A program made the position numbers and the translations under genes. A model generated the notes under the pieces. It worked only from the letters and a program-made list of their open reading frames with translations. It was not told the DNA's origin and did not search any database. DNA of 25,090 nucleotides from a virus. Its lineage: Duplodnaviria; Caudoviricetes. This document shows positions 16,857-24,934 of the stretch, in pieces. Within the stretch, counting starts at the first letter, position 1; every line of letters starts with the position of its first letter. Location of the stretch: IMG/VR virus record IMGVR_UViG_3300049740_000912, positions 1-25,090 of that record; one strand, given 5' to 3'.

Positions 16857-19310
16857 ATGTCTTTTTACACTAATTACGATCGTTACGGTAACTCAGTATT
16901 ATATCGCGGTTATAACCATAACGGCGTACCAGTCATGACAAAGTATAAGCTTACTCCTACTTTGTACATGCCAACAGATAAAAAAACAAATTGGACAGCG
17001 CTTGACGGTACTCCTGTTGCACCTGTCCAATTTACTTCTGCACGCGAAATGCGAGACTTCGTTGATAGATACGAAGGTGTAAGTAATTTTAAATACTATG
17101 GCCAAGACCGTGTTCTTTGGCAATTTATTCAGAGTAAGTTTCCAAAAGATATTGAATTTAATTCCGGATTAATTAATGTACTTAATCTAGATATTGAGGT
17201 TCACTCAGAAGAAGGATTTCCTGAGCCTGATCAAGCGGCTCATCCTATTACAGCTATTACCGTAAAATCCACAAAGTCATCATTTTATGAAGTATGGGGA
17301 TGTGGTGAATACGATGTAAGTAAATCTCCTCATACACATTTACATATTAGATATCATCGATGTGAAGATGAATATGAACTTTTAGAAAAATTTATGAAAT
17401 ACTGGATGAGTAGTTATCCAGAAGTTTTAACTGGTTGGAATATCCGTATGTTTGATATTCCATACATTGTTAATCGTATTACTAAATTATTTGGTGTATC
17501 AGTTGTAAGTAAAATGTCACCATGGGGTATCTTACGACCTAAGACAGTTGCATTTAAAAATAAAACAATGACAACTCAACAAATTGCTGGCATTTCTCAA
17601 TTAGATTACTTTGATTTATTCCAAAAGTTTGGATATTCATATGGTCCTCAAGAATCATATGCACTTAATCATATCTCGCATGTAGTACTCGGCGAAAAGA
17701 AACTTTCATATGCTGAGTATGGTTCCCTTAAAAATCTTTACAAAGAAAACCATCAGCTTTATATTGACTACAATATTAAAGACGTTGAACTAATTGACCG
17801 TATGGATGAAAAACTAGATCTTATTGGTCTAGGCTTTACTCTAGCATACAAAGCTGGAGTTAATTTTACAGACATTTTTGGTACTACTGCTATATGGGAT
17901 TCAATTATTTATCGTGAACTGGCTAAACGTAATATTGTTATTCCAGGTCCTCCACCAAGAAGAGAGCGTGAAGCAATCAATGTTAAATTTGCTGGAGGTT
18001 ACGTTAAAGAGCCACAAGTCGGTGCTCATGATTGGGTAGTTTCATTCGATTTGAATTCACTGTATCCTAATATTATTGCTCAGTGGAATATGTCACCCGA
18101 GACTTTAACTATGAATGGTACTAATATGTCAAAGGCTGCTAATGGTGTAGGTTTTGATAATAGTCGTGAAGGTGTATTTCCTACACTAGTTAAGCAATAT
18201 TATGCTGAACGTAAAGAAGTCAAAAAGGAAATGATCGAATGGCAAAAGCAGCAGCAAAAGGGTAGTACTAAAGAAATAGAAAAACAAATCGCGTCACTGA
18301 ATAACAAGCAAATGGCCGTTAAGATTCTGATGAATTCTTTGTTTGGTGCCATTGGTAATAAATGGTATCGATATTTTGATCTTCGCGTTGCTGAAGGTAT
18401 TACTCTTACAGGTCAATATGTAATTAAAACATGTGAAGCTGCTATTAACAGAGAACTAAATAAACTTCTAGAAACTGACAATGAAGATTATGTAATCGCA
18501 ATTGATACAGATTCAATCTACGTTAACTTCAAAGCATTCGTAGAAAAATTTAATCCTAAAGACCCTATTAAGTTTCTCGATGATGCGTGCAATAATCATT
18601 TCAATAAGGTCTTAGCTTCTGATCTAGAAAAAATATTTAAGGAAATGAATTGTTTCGAGAATCGCATGGTAATGGAACGAGAGGTGATTGCTGATAGAGG
18701 TATTTGGACAGCAAAGAAAAGATATATTCTTAATGTACATAATAGTGAAGGCGTGCAATACGAAGAGCCTAAGCTTAAGATCATGGGTATTGAAGCAATT
18801 AAGTCTTCTACGCCAGAAATATGTCGTAGTAAATTCAAAGAAATATTTAAGATTATTATTTCAGGCACAGAGTCTGATACACAAGATTTTATTCAAAAAT
18901 TTAAAAATGAATTTAAGTCTTTACCTCCAGAAGAAGTAGCGTTTCCTCGAGGCGTGTCTAACATTACTGACTGGAGTGATAGAAAACTTATCTATAAAAA
19001 GGGTACTCCTATTCACGTGCGCGGATCACTTCTATACAACAAAGAAGCAAAGTCTAGAAAACTAACTGATCGCTATGAACTAATTAGTAATGGTGATAAG
19101 ATTAAATTTGCGTATCTAAAACTTCCTAATCATATAAAAGAAAATGTTATCTCGTTTCCCATGCATCTTCCTAGTGAAATGCAACTTCACAAATATATCG
19201 ATTATGATAAACAGTTTGAAAAAACTTTCTTAGAGCCTCTTAATTTTATTCTTAATTCTGTTGGCTGGTCAGCTGAAGAGCAGGCAACCTTAGAAGATTT
19301 CTTTTCGTAA
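16857..19310 (+). CDS. gp43: Family B DNA polymerase
   Basis: Exonuclease [16 protein letters not shown] motifs; polymerase [10 protein letters not shown]...NSLFG, DTDS, KKRY motifs; GGAGG RBS. Confidence 0.97.
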   Translation: MSFYTNYDRYGNSVLYRGYNHNGVPVMTKYKLTPTLYMPTDKKTNWTALDGTPVAPVQFTSAREMRDFVDRYEGVSNFKYYGQDRVLWQFIQSKFPKDIEFNSGLINVLNLDIEVHSEEGFPEPDQAAHPITAITVKSTKSSFYEVWGCGEYDVSKSPHTHLHIRYHRCEDEYELLEKFMKYWMSSYPEVLTGWNIRMFDIPYIVNRITKLFGVSVVSKMSPWGILRPKTVAFKNKTMTTQQIAGISQLDYFDLFQKFGYSYGPQESYALNHISHVVLGEKKLSYAEYGSLKNLYKENHQLYIDYNIKDVELIDRMDEKLDLIGLGFTLAYKAGVNFTDIFGTTAIWDSIIYRELAKRNIVIPGPPPRREREAINVKFAGGYVKEPQVGAHDWVVSFDLNSLYPNIIAQWNMSPETLTMNGTNMSKAANGVGFDNSREGVFPTLVKQYYAERKEVKKEMIEWQKQQQKGSTKEIEKQIASLNNKQMAVKILMNSLFGAIGNKWYRYFDLRVAEGITLTGQYVIKTCEAAINRELNKLLETDNEDYVIAIDTDSIYVNFKAFVEKFNPKDPIKFLDDACNNHFNKVLASDLEKIFKEMNCFENRMVMEREVIADRGIWTAKKRYILNVHNSEGVQYEEPKLKIMGIEAIKSSTPEICRSKFKEIFKIIISGTESDTQDFIQKFKNEFKSLPPEEVAFPRGVSNITDWSDRKLIYKKGTPIHVRGSLLYNKEAKSRKLTDRYELISNGDKIKFAYLKLPNHIKENVISFPMHLPSEMQLHKYIDYDKQFEKTFLEPLNFILNSVGWSAEEQATLEDFFS

Positions 19311-19316
19311 TAAACT

Positions 19317-19346
19317 GTGTACAAATCAATAAAAATAGTGTATAAT
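19317..19346 (+). promoter_or_regulatory. Promoter GTGTACA-N17-TATAAT
   Basis: -35 at 19317-19323, -10 at 19341-19346. Confidence 0.82.
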
Positions 19347-19368
19347 ATATTAAATGATGGAGAAAAAT

Positions 19369-19782
19369 ATGAGTAAAGATTGGGTAAAAGACATGCATGA
19401 TATGCACAATAAATACGGTGTGCATGATTGGATGAAGGCCAACAAAGATAATAAAGAACTTATGCGAAAATTTTTAGAGTTTAGGATTAAGTTTTTAGAA
19501 GAAGAATTGGGAGAAACTAGAGAGGCACTAGGAAATGACGATGCAGAAGAGTTGGTTGATGGCCTTATCGATTTATGTGTTATTGCTATTGGTACTTTAG
19601 ACGCATTCGGTATTGACTCTCACAAAGCCTGGAATCAAGTATTTGATGCTAATATGAATAAAGAAGTTGGTGTAAAAGAAAGTAGACCTAATCCTCTTGG
19701 ATTGCCAGATCTAATCAAACCTAATGGATGGGTTGGACCAGATCACGGAGATAATCATGGAAATCTCAGCGACGCTATTTAA
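19369..19782 (+). CDS. MazG-like / all-alpha NTP pyrophosphohydrolase
   Basis: EExxE (LEEELGE) and ExxDxxxD (EELVDGLID) acidic motifs, ANMNK, DLIKPNGW.GP C-terminus; GGAG RBS before ATG 19369. Confidence 0.8.
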   Translation: MSKDWVKDMHDMHNKYGVHDWMKANKDNKELMRKFLEFRIKFLEEELGETREALGNDDAEELVDGLIDLCVIAIGTLDAFGIDSHKAWNQVFDANMNKEVGVKESRPNPLGLPDLIKPNGWVGPDHGDNHGNLSDAI

Positions 19783-20689
19783 AAGCATCTTTGATAATAA
19801 AACTAATAGATCTGTAAAACTTGAAAGCTTTGATGCTTTTGAGAAAGTTTTGTATGATCTTTCGAAAGTTGAACGTAAATCTAAAAAAGATGCTGAACTT
19901 ATATCACCTGCTACGTATTTGCCTAACACAACTAGAGCAAATAAAAACGTAGTTGAATGGGCTGGCTGGTGTGCAGTTGATGTTGATGACTTTGAGTTTG
20001 AAGGAGATTTACAAAATGAACTGGTTAAGCGTTTCGGTGATTATAGGTGGGTGTGCTATTCTACTGCTAGCAGTACGATCGATTCGCCAAAGTTTAGGAT
20101 CGTCTTTCCACTTACGGTATCGGTTGGAAACGACACCATTAAAAAATTCTGGTACGCTCTACAATCAGAACTCGACGAACTCGGAGACAAGCAGACTAAA
20201 GACTTATCTAGAATGTATTACATCCCTGCAAAGTACGATGGCGCTAATAACTTTATATTCAGTAATAGTAACGGTAATTTTATTAATCCATCTGAATTAA
20301 TAAAAAAGCATCCAATGGCTGAGAAAAAAACCGGTAGTTCTTTCTTCGATCGTTTACCAGAAAATATGCAAGCCGAGATTATTGAACACCGTAAATCAAA
20401 AATGGATAACACTAATTTCCATTGGTCTTCATATAGAGATTGTCCGTTTTTTCCTCGTAGACTAGAATCAGAATATAGACTTATATCAAATACTGGTTGG
20501 TATCATAAAATGTATCAAATCATGATTGCTCTTGCGGGCAACGCTATAAGTAAAAGTTATCCAATTACTGCAAATGAAATTGCTGTTATGTGTAGAGAAC
20601 TAGACCAAGAAACTGGTAATTGGTATGAAAATCGACCACTAGATAAGGAAGCAGATCGTGCACTCGAATACGTATACAAAAATATCTGA
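19757..20689 (+). CDS. Archaeo-eukaryotic primase (AEP/PrimPol)-like protein with a helical C-terminal domain
   Basis: hhhDxDD (CAVDVDD), YSTASS...PKFRIVFPL and KDLSRMYYIP resemble AEP motifs I-III of phage PrimPol/VirE N-terminal domains; GGAG RBS before ATG 19757. Confidence 0.7.
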   Translation: MEISATLFKSIFDNKTNRSVKLESFDAFEKVLYDLSKVERKSKKDAELISPATYLPNTTRANKNVVEWAGWCAVDVDDFEFEGDLQNELVKRFGDYRWVCYSTASSTIDSPKFRIVFPLTVSVGNDTIKKFWYALQSELDELGDKQTKDLSRMYYIPAKYDGANNFIFSNSNGNFINPSELIKKHPMAEKKTGSSFFDRLPENMQAEIIEHRKSKMDNTNFHWSSYRDCPFFPRRLESEYRLISNTGWYHKMYQIMIALAGNAISKSYPITANEIAVMCRELDQETGNWYENRPLDKEADRALEYVYKNI

Positions 20690-21131
20690 CATATTTAATA
20701 TGGATATGAGCTTTAATATAAAAGATTTGCAATCTACTTCTGAATGGCGAGATAGAGCTATGAAAGAAGCTAAAGCTATTCATAGTAAGTCATCTACTGC
20801 GAGAGGTAGAAGCTTGCAAACAATTTATGAAACATGTCTTTATGGTCATGCTCCTGAACAATATTTAATCGAAACTGGATGGGAAGACGACTTACGTCCA
20901 TATAAAGATTTAATTGACCCTCAAGGTGATTCGGTTGAAGTTAAAGTTACTGAACATACAGGTAACGTGCCATACGTATTGGCTAGATGTGAATCAGCCA
21001 AATTAGAAACCTGGAGAAATTATCCGGATATTGTGTATATTTTTATTAATAATAGAAAAGAAACTGAATATAAGCATGAAGGAATCTATCATTGGAATGG
21101 AAAAAAATTCAAAAAAATTCTAAGTAATTGA
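20658..21131 (+). CDS. Hypothetical protein, possible PD-(D/E)xK nuclease
   Basis: E...YKDLIDPQGDSVEVKVT has the D-x(n)-E-x-K pattern; AAGGA 8 nt before GTG 20658 (alternative ATGs at 20700 and 20706). Confidence 0.55.
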   Translation: MHSNTYTKISDIFNMDMSFNIKDLQSTSEWRDRAMKEAKAIHSKSSTARGRSLQTIYETCLYGHAPEQYLIETGWEDDLRPYKDLIDPQGDSVEVKVTEHTGNVPYVLARCESAKLETWRNYPDIVYIFINNRKETEYKHEGIYHWNGKKFKKILSN

Positions 21132-21133
21132 TT
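21121..21133 (-). promoter_or_regulatory. IHF-consensus site
   Basis: Reverse complement AATCAAttacTTA matches WATCAANNNNTTR; 27 nt upstream of the -35 box at 21161. Confidence 0.5.
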
Positions 21134-21160
21134 TCAAATGAAAACAAAATGCATTTTTTA

Positions 21161-21190
21161 GTGTACATTTACGCCAGAATAGTGTATAAT
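21161..21190 (+). promoter_or_regulatory. Promoter GTGTACA-N17-TATAAT (probably a strong early promoter)
   Basis: -35 at 21161-21167, -10 at 21185-21190, A/T tracts upstream. Confidence 0.85.
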
Positions 21191-21227
21191 ATATCTATAA
21201 AATCAAAAAGGAAGAGGAGCCTTTACA

Positions 21228-21503
21228 ATGAAAAATCTTAAAGCACTTATCGAAAGCTATAAAAATCAAGCTAAAAGCGATTGGGCTATTAAAGAAGATA
21301 TGGCTGATATGTACGCACAGGATGCTAACGATGCTGAAGTTGTATATAACTTCATTACTGAAAGCAAGGGTGTTAATATCCCAACTGCTGCTAAGTATCT
21401 CGACAATCTTGATACTATTGTTCGCGAAGCTATTTGTATAGCTATTGCTGAAGATAAAGGCAATGATTTCTTGGCAGACAACTTTGGATGGAGTGTAAAT
21501 TAA
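21228..21503 (+). CDS. Hypothetical protein
   Basis: Strong GAGGAG RBS; first gene after the promoter. Confidence 0.75.
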   Translation: MKNLKALIESYKNQAKSDWAIKEDMADMYAQDANDAEVVYNFITESKGVNIPTAAKYLDNLDTIVREAICIAIAEDKGNDFLADNFGWSVN

Positions 21504-21661
21504 TGAAAATCGAAACCGCAAAAAAGATCTTTAAAGATCGTGCTGAAAACTTCTATGGTAGGACAGTGGCCTGGTTGGCTGATGAAATGCAAAGAGGCTT
21601 TCACGAAACTCAACGTGTAACTCAAGCCTATAATAAATTGAAAAATGCGGGGATTGTGTAA
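21503..21661 (+). CDS. Hypothetical protein (52 aa), not in the ORF track
   Basis: MKIETAKKIFKDRAENFYGRTVAWLADEMQRGFHETQRVTQAYNKLKNAGIV*; GGAG RBS; TAATG overlaps at both ends. Confidence 0.7.
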   Translation: MKIETAKKIFKDRAENFYGRTVAWLADEMQRGFHETQRVTQAYNKLKNAGIV

Positions 21662-21876
21662 TGAAAAATACATTTCAAATCGGCGATTACGTCATGTCTA
21701 AATATGGTAAAACTAAAATTGAGCGCATCGAACTTTGTGAAAAAGCCGGTGAAAAATATGGCGTTGAAGTAGATAAAATGTTTACAAATCTACTAGATCG
21801 TGTTATAATAGACTTAGAAAATGGCCATTGGTCATATGGTACAGAAGTGGAGTTAGTAGATGAAAGAGTCTCTTAA
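21661..21876 (+). CDS. Hypothetical protein (small beta-barrel-like)
   Basis: Coupled start; FQIGDYV...IIDLENGHWSYG. Confidence 0.7.
   Translation: MKNTFQIGDYVMSKYGKTKIERIELCEKAGEKYGVEVDKMFTNLLDRVIIDLENGHWSYGTEVELVDERVS
21780..21809 (+). promoter_or_regulatory. Internal promoter GTTTACA-N17-TATAAT driving the nucleotide-modification genes
   Basis: -35 at 21780-21786, TGT-TATAAT with the hexamer at 21804-21809, 50 nt upstream of ATG 21860. Confidence 0.72.
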
Positions 21877-22228
21877 AATCCTGCAGAAAGCTGCAGAAGT
21901 TCAAACAAAGAAAGGTAATGATTATCAAAATCCTAATTCTAGAATTAGGCAAGCGATGTACTATCCGCGTGGGTGTGCATCTATTCTTGATACCATTTCT
22001 TCTAAAGTTCTTCGTATGCAATCTGTTCTTGAAGCAATGGAACAAGATCCTAATTACGATCCTAACTTTGAATCGCTTGAAGATTCTTGTGTCGATCTAA
22101 TTAACTATGCATCTTTCTTTGCTGCATATATGAATAACGGTATTGATGGTCAAGATCCATCACGTGATTTTCTTAACAGACCAAAAAGGATAAGTAATGA
22201 AAGTAGGGATAACGGCATCGACGTTTGA
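21860..22228 (+). CDS. DUF1599 / nucleotide-modification-associated domain 1 (Nmad1)-like all-alpha protein
   Basis: KKGNDY...KVLRM...ESLEDSCVDLINYA pattern; GGAG RBS; context among base-modification genes. Confidence 0.65.
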   Translation: MKESLKILQKAAEVQTKKGNDYQNPNSRIRQAMYYPRGCASILDTISSKVLRMQSVLEAMEQDPNYDPNFESLEDSCVDLINYASFFAAYMNNGIDGQDPSRDFLNRPKRISNESRDNGIDV

Positions 22229-22613
22229 TCTTTTGCATGCAGGTCATATTGAAATGCTGCGTGAAGCTAAATCACAATGTGAATATTTGATCTGTGCTTT
22301 GCAAATTGATCCTAGTGTGGATAGACCAGAAAAAAATAAACCTGTGCAAACAGTAGTTGAGAGATATACTCAACTTGAAGCTGTTAAATTTGTTGATGAA
22401 ATTATTCCGTATTTACATGAAACAGATTTAGAAGATATATTGCAAATGCGGCAATTTAATGTGCGTATTCTTGGAGAAGAATATAGACATAAAGAATTTA
22501 CAGGTAGAGATATTTGTAAAGCTCGTGATATTGAATTATATTTTAATCGAAGAGATCATAGGTTCTCGTCTAGCGGATTAAGAGAAAGAATTAGTAATGC
22601 AAACAGTAAGTGA
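22197..22613 (+). CDS. Cytidylyltransferase, glycerol-3-phosphate cytidylyltransferase (TagD)-like
   Basis: FDLLHAGH (HxGH), KNKPVQTVVER, VDEIIPY and C-terminal RRDHRFSSS motifs. Confidence 0.82.
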   Translation: MKVGITASTFDLLHAGHIEMLREAKSQCEYLICALQIDPSVDRPEKNKPVQTVVERYTQLEAVKFVDEIIPYLHETDLEDILQMRQFNVRILGEEYRHKEFTGRDICKARDIELYFNRRDHRFSSSGLRERISNANSK

Positions 22614-23268
22614 TATTCGTAAACATTTTATTGGTGAACTACAAGATGAAGTATATACTGTAGATCGTCATGATTTAAAAACAATTGAATTGATTGGTGC
22701 TTCATTTATGGCAGACGAAGCTTCTATCTTTGGTACACCTAATGACGAATACATTCAAGCTGAAATCGATTGGTATCTTTCTGGCTCAACTAATGTTAAC
22801 GACATTTATAAATGGCCAAATTACCCAAAAGATAAGGCGCCACCTGCAGCATGGCAATATACATCAAATGACCATGGTGAAATTAATTCTAATTATGGCA
22901 AACTAGTTTTTGACGATAAATATTATCGTCAGTATGATAACGTAGTTGCTGAGTTAGAATCAAATCCTGATTCTAGACGCGCTTCTATGGTTTATCAGCG
23001 CCCTAGTATTTGGATAGAATATAATGAAAATGGTAAGAACGATTTTATATGCACTAATGCTGTCACTTATTATATACGCAATGATGAATTACAGTCTGTT
23101 GTACAAATGCGCTCTAATGATGTCGTGTATGGATATAAGAATGATTATGCTTGGCAGCAGTTTGTAATGCAAACACTTGCTAAAGATCTAGGTATTGAAG
23201 TTGGCTTCATGACTTGGCAAGTACAAAATCTACATGTCTATGAAAGGCACTTTGATCTTGTCAAGTAA
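22597..23268 (+). CDS. gp42: dCMP hydroxymethylase (thymidylate synthase superfamily, T4 gp42-type)
   Basis: TIELIGASF.ADE..IFG..NDEYI, GEINSNYG, DFICTN (catalytic Cys), MRSNDVVYGYKNDYAWQ with the dCMP-specifying Asp, NLHVYERHF. Confidence 0.88.
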   Translation: MQTVSDIRKHFIGELQDEVYTVDRHDLKTIELIGASFMADEASIFGTPNDEYIQAEIDWYLSGSTNVNDIYKWPNYPKDKAPPAAWQYTSNDHGEINSNYGKLVFDDKYYRQYDNVVAELESNPDSRRASMVYQRPSIWIEYNENGKNDFICTNAVTYYIRNDELQSVVQMRSNDVVYGYKNDYAWQQFVMQTLAKDLGIEVGFMTWQVQNLHVYERHFDLVK

Positions 23269-23695
23269 ATGGGATAAGAGATACCTTGCGCTAGCAGAAC
23301 AAGTCTCGACGTGGTCCAAAGATCCGTCTCGCCAAATTGGCGCAGTTGCGGTAGGATCGAAGGGACAGGTTCTCGCGCAAGGCTTCAATGGATTTCCTCG
23401 AGGAATAAGAGATAATCCTAGTAGATATAGTGATAGAAATCTTAAATACAAACTGGTAGTTCATGCTGAAATGAATGTCATATATAATGCTACGTACAAT
23501 GGAGTATCTTTAAATGATTCTACATTGTACGTTCATGGACTACCAGTTTGTTCAGATTGTGCAAAGGGAATAATACAAGTTGGTATTAAAAGAGTTGTAA
23601 TGCCAACACAAGAAGTACCTGATCACTGGAAAGAATCTTGGGAATTTACCCAAAGTATGTTTAGAGAAGCAGGAGTAAACTATGAGTTCATATGA
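23258..23695 (+). CDS. cd: dCMP deaminase
   Basis: WSKDPS..IGAV, GFNGFPRG, HAEMN and PVCSDC zinc motifs; probable TTG start at 23258 behind AAAGG (track start 23234). Confidence 0.9.
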   Translation: MSSKWDKRYLALAEQVSTWSKDPSRQIGAVAVGSKGQVLAQGFNGFPRGIRDNPSRYSDRNLKYKLVVHAEMNVIYNATYNGVSLNDSTLYVHGLPVCSDCAKGIIQVGIKRVVMPTQEVPDHWKESWEFTQSMFREAGVNYEFI

Positions 23696-23885
23696 GCATG
23701 AGCCTACAGCTGAAAAGGGTTATCCTAAATATGAAAGCCATGAAGACTATATGAAACGACGTATGCGTGAAGAAGATACTAAGCTCGGCGTCAGTATTGA
23801 ATACAATAATATGCGATTGACAAAAGAAATTATTGAATTAAAAAAAGAAATTAAACGTTTACAAACGCATTGTAATATGATATAA
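23682..23885 (+). CDS. Hypothetical protein (C-terminal coiled coil)
   Basis: AGGAG RBS; 67 aa. Confidence 0.6.
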   Translation: MSSYEHEPTAEKGYPKYESHEDYMKRRMREEDTKLGVSIEYNNMRLTKEIIELKKEIKRLQTHCNMI

Positions 23886-23886
23886 T
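23857..23886 (+). promoter_or_regulatory. Promoter GTTTACA-N17-TATAAT for the glycosyltransferase-glf operon
   Basis: -35 at 23857-23863, TGA-TATAAT with the hexamer at 23881-23886. Confidence 0.8.
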
Positions 23887-23911
23887 ATACAAAATTGAAA
23901 AAGGATTTGTT

Positions 23912-24934
23912 ATGAAAATATTAATTACGGGTATGAATAAGCAGCAATGCACTGAAAACTTTTACAAAACTTCTCAGTTAAAAGTTATGCCATCGCATGT
24001 TTCTCTAGTAGCATGCCTTCGTGATATGGGACATACTGTTGAGCAGCGTATTGTTACTATTGGTGAAGATCTTAGTTCATATGATAAAGTAATTTGCTAC
24101 ATTCATAATCCTTCAGGTTTTGCTGGATTTGTATATAATGCTCTATGGTTACTTGGTACAAGACAAAATAATGTTATTCTTGCATTTGATGATTGGCAAA
24201 CCGATAGCATTTATAAAGGCTTGATGGGTTTGCAAGAAGACGGCAAAATGTTTAGGCAGTTTGTTAAAGATAGTCATAAGCATATTCCTGACAATGTTGA
24301 AGAATACGAAAGCGTATTTAATAAAGGCCTAGCCATAATTTCAAATAAAAAGCATCCCATGTTAATTAGCGCATTTGCAGGTGGAAAACTCAATAAACTA
24401 ATTGATTATCCAGAAGAATTGCTATTTTCTTTTAATCCAAATCCATATCATATTAATCTACAGTCTAATTTTAATCCTATGTTTGATGAAAAAGCAAAGG
24501 TATTTAATTATGCTGGTCTTATTCAAGATAAAACTAAAAAGTGGATTAAAGATCAGAACATTGGTGATTGGGAACTTAAGAAATACGGTTCTCGTAAAGA
24601 TGGTCAAGACCGTGTAATTGAGCCAGAAATGGTAAACATATACGGTCAACAATGGGGCGTGCTTATGCCTGGTTATTTTCATGCAGGATCTGGATGGTGG
24701 AGAGCACGGCCATTACAAGTAGCAGATGCAGGTTCTATTCTAATCGGTGACTGGAAAGAAATGGTTCTTTATTATGACGATGACGAGCTTGCTTCTCTTA
24801 AAGCATATGAATTAACTATGATGTCAGATAGACAGCTAGAAGATATAGCTGAGGCCCAAAAACAAGCCATATATACTACACACCCGCTGGATAAAGGTAT
24901 TCAGCAGGATGAGCTAAGAAAGGTATTAGCATGA
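23912..24934 (+). CDS. DNA glycosyltransferase, T4 beta-glucosyltransferase-like (GT-B fold)
   Basis: 340 aa and collinear by eye with T4 BGT as recalled: MKILI / KVMPSHVSL...DMGHTVE / DLSSYDKVI / LAFDD / WWRARPLQVADAGSILI versus MKIAI / KTVPSSET...EMGLNVD / DVNDYDRLI / YLFTD / FITLRVWETMASDAVMLI. Confidence 0.65.
   Translation: MKILITGMNKQQCTENFYKTSQLKVMPSHVSLVACLRDMGHTVEQRIVTIGEDLSSYDKVICYIHNPSGFAGFVYNALWLLGTRQNNVILAFDDWQTDSIYKGLMGLQEDGKMFRQFVKDSHKHIPDNVEEYESVFNKGLAIISNKKHPMLISAFAGGKLNKLIDYPEELLFSFNPNPYHINLQSNFNPMFDEKAKVFNYAGLIQDKTKKWIKDQNIGDWELKKYGSRKDGQDRVIEPEMVNIYGQQWGVLMPGYFHAGSGWWRARPLQVADAGSILIGDWKEMVLYYDDDELASLKAYELTMMSDRQLEDIAEAQKQAIYTTHPLDKGIQQDELRKVLA

Noticed and set aside
16857-19310. 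Intein, intron or split in the DNA polymerase
   Set aside because: Continuous 817 aa ORF with all motifs in order and no large insertion.
22597-23268. Annotation as ordinary thymidylate synthase (thyA/td)
   Set aside because: Has DFICTN and NDYAW (gp42-type) rather than the ThyA PCH and PFN motifs.
1208-24682. Minus-strand and alternative-frame ORFs in the track (e.g. 1629-2225, 6774-7172, 16456-16758, 21195-21521)
   Set aside because: They overlap well-supported + strand genes, lack recognisable motifs and look like shadow ORFs.
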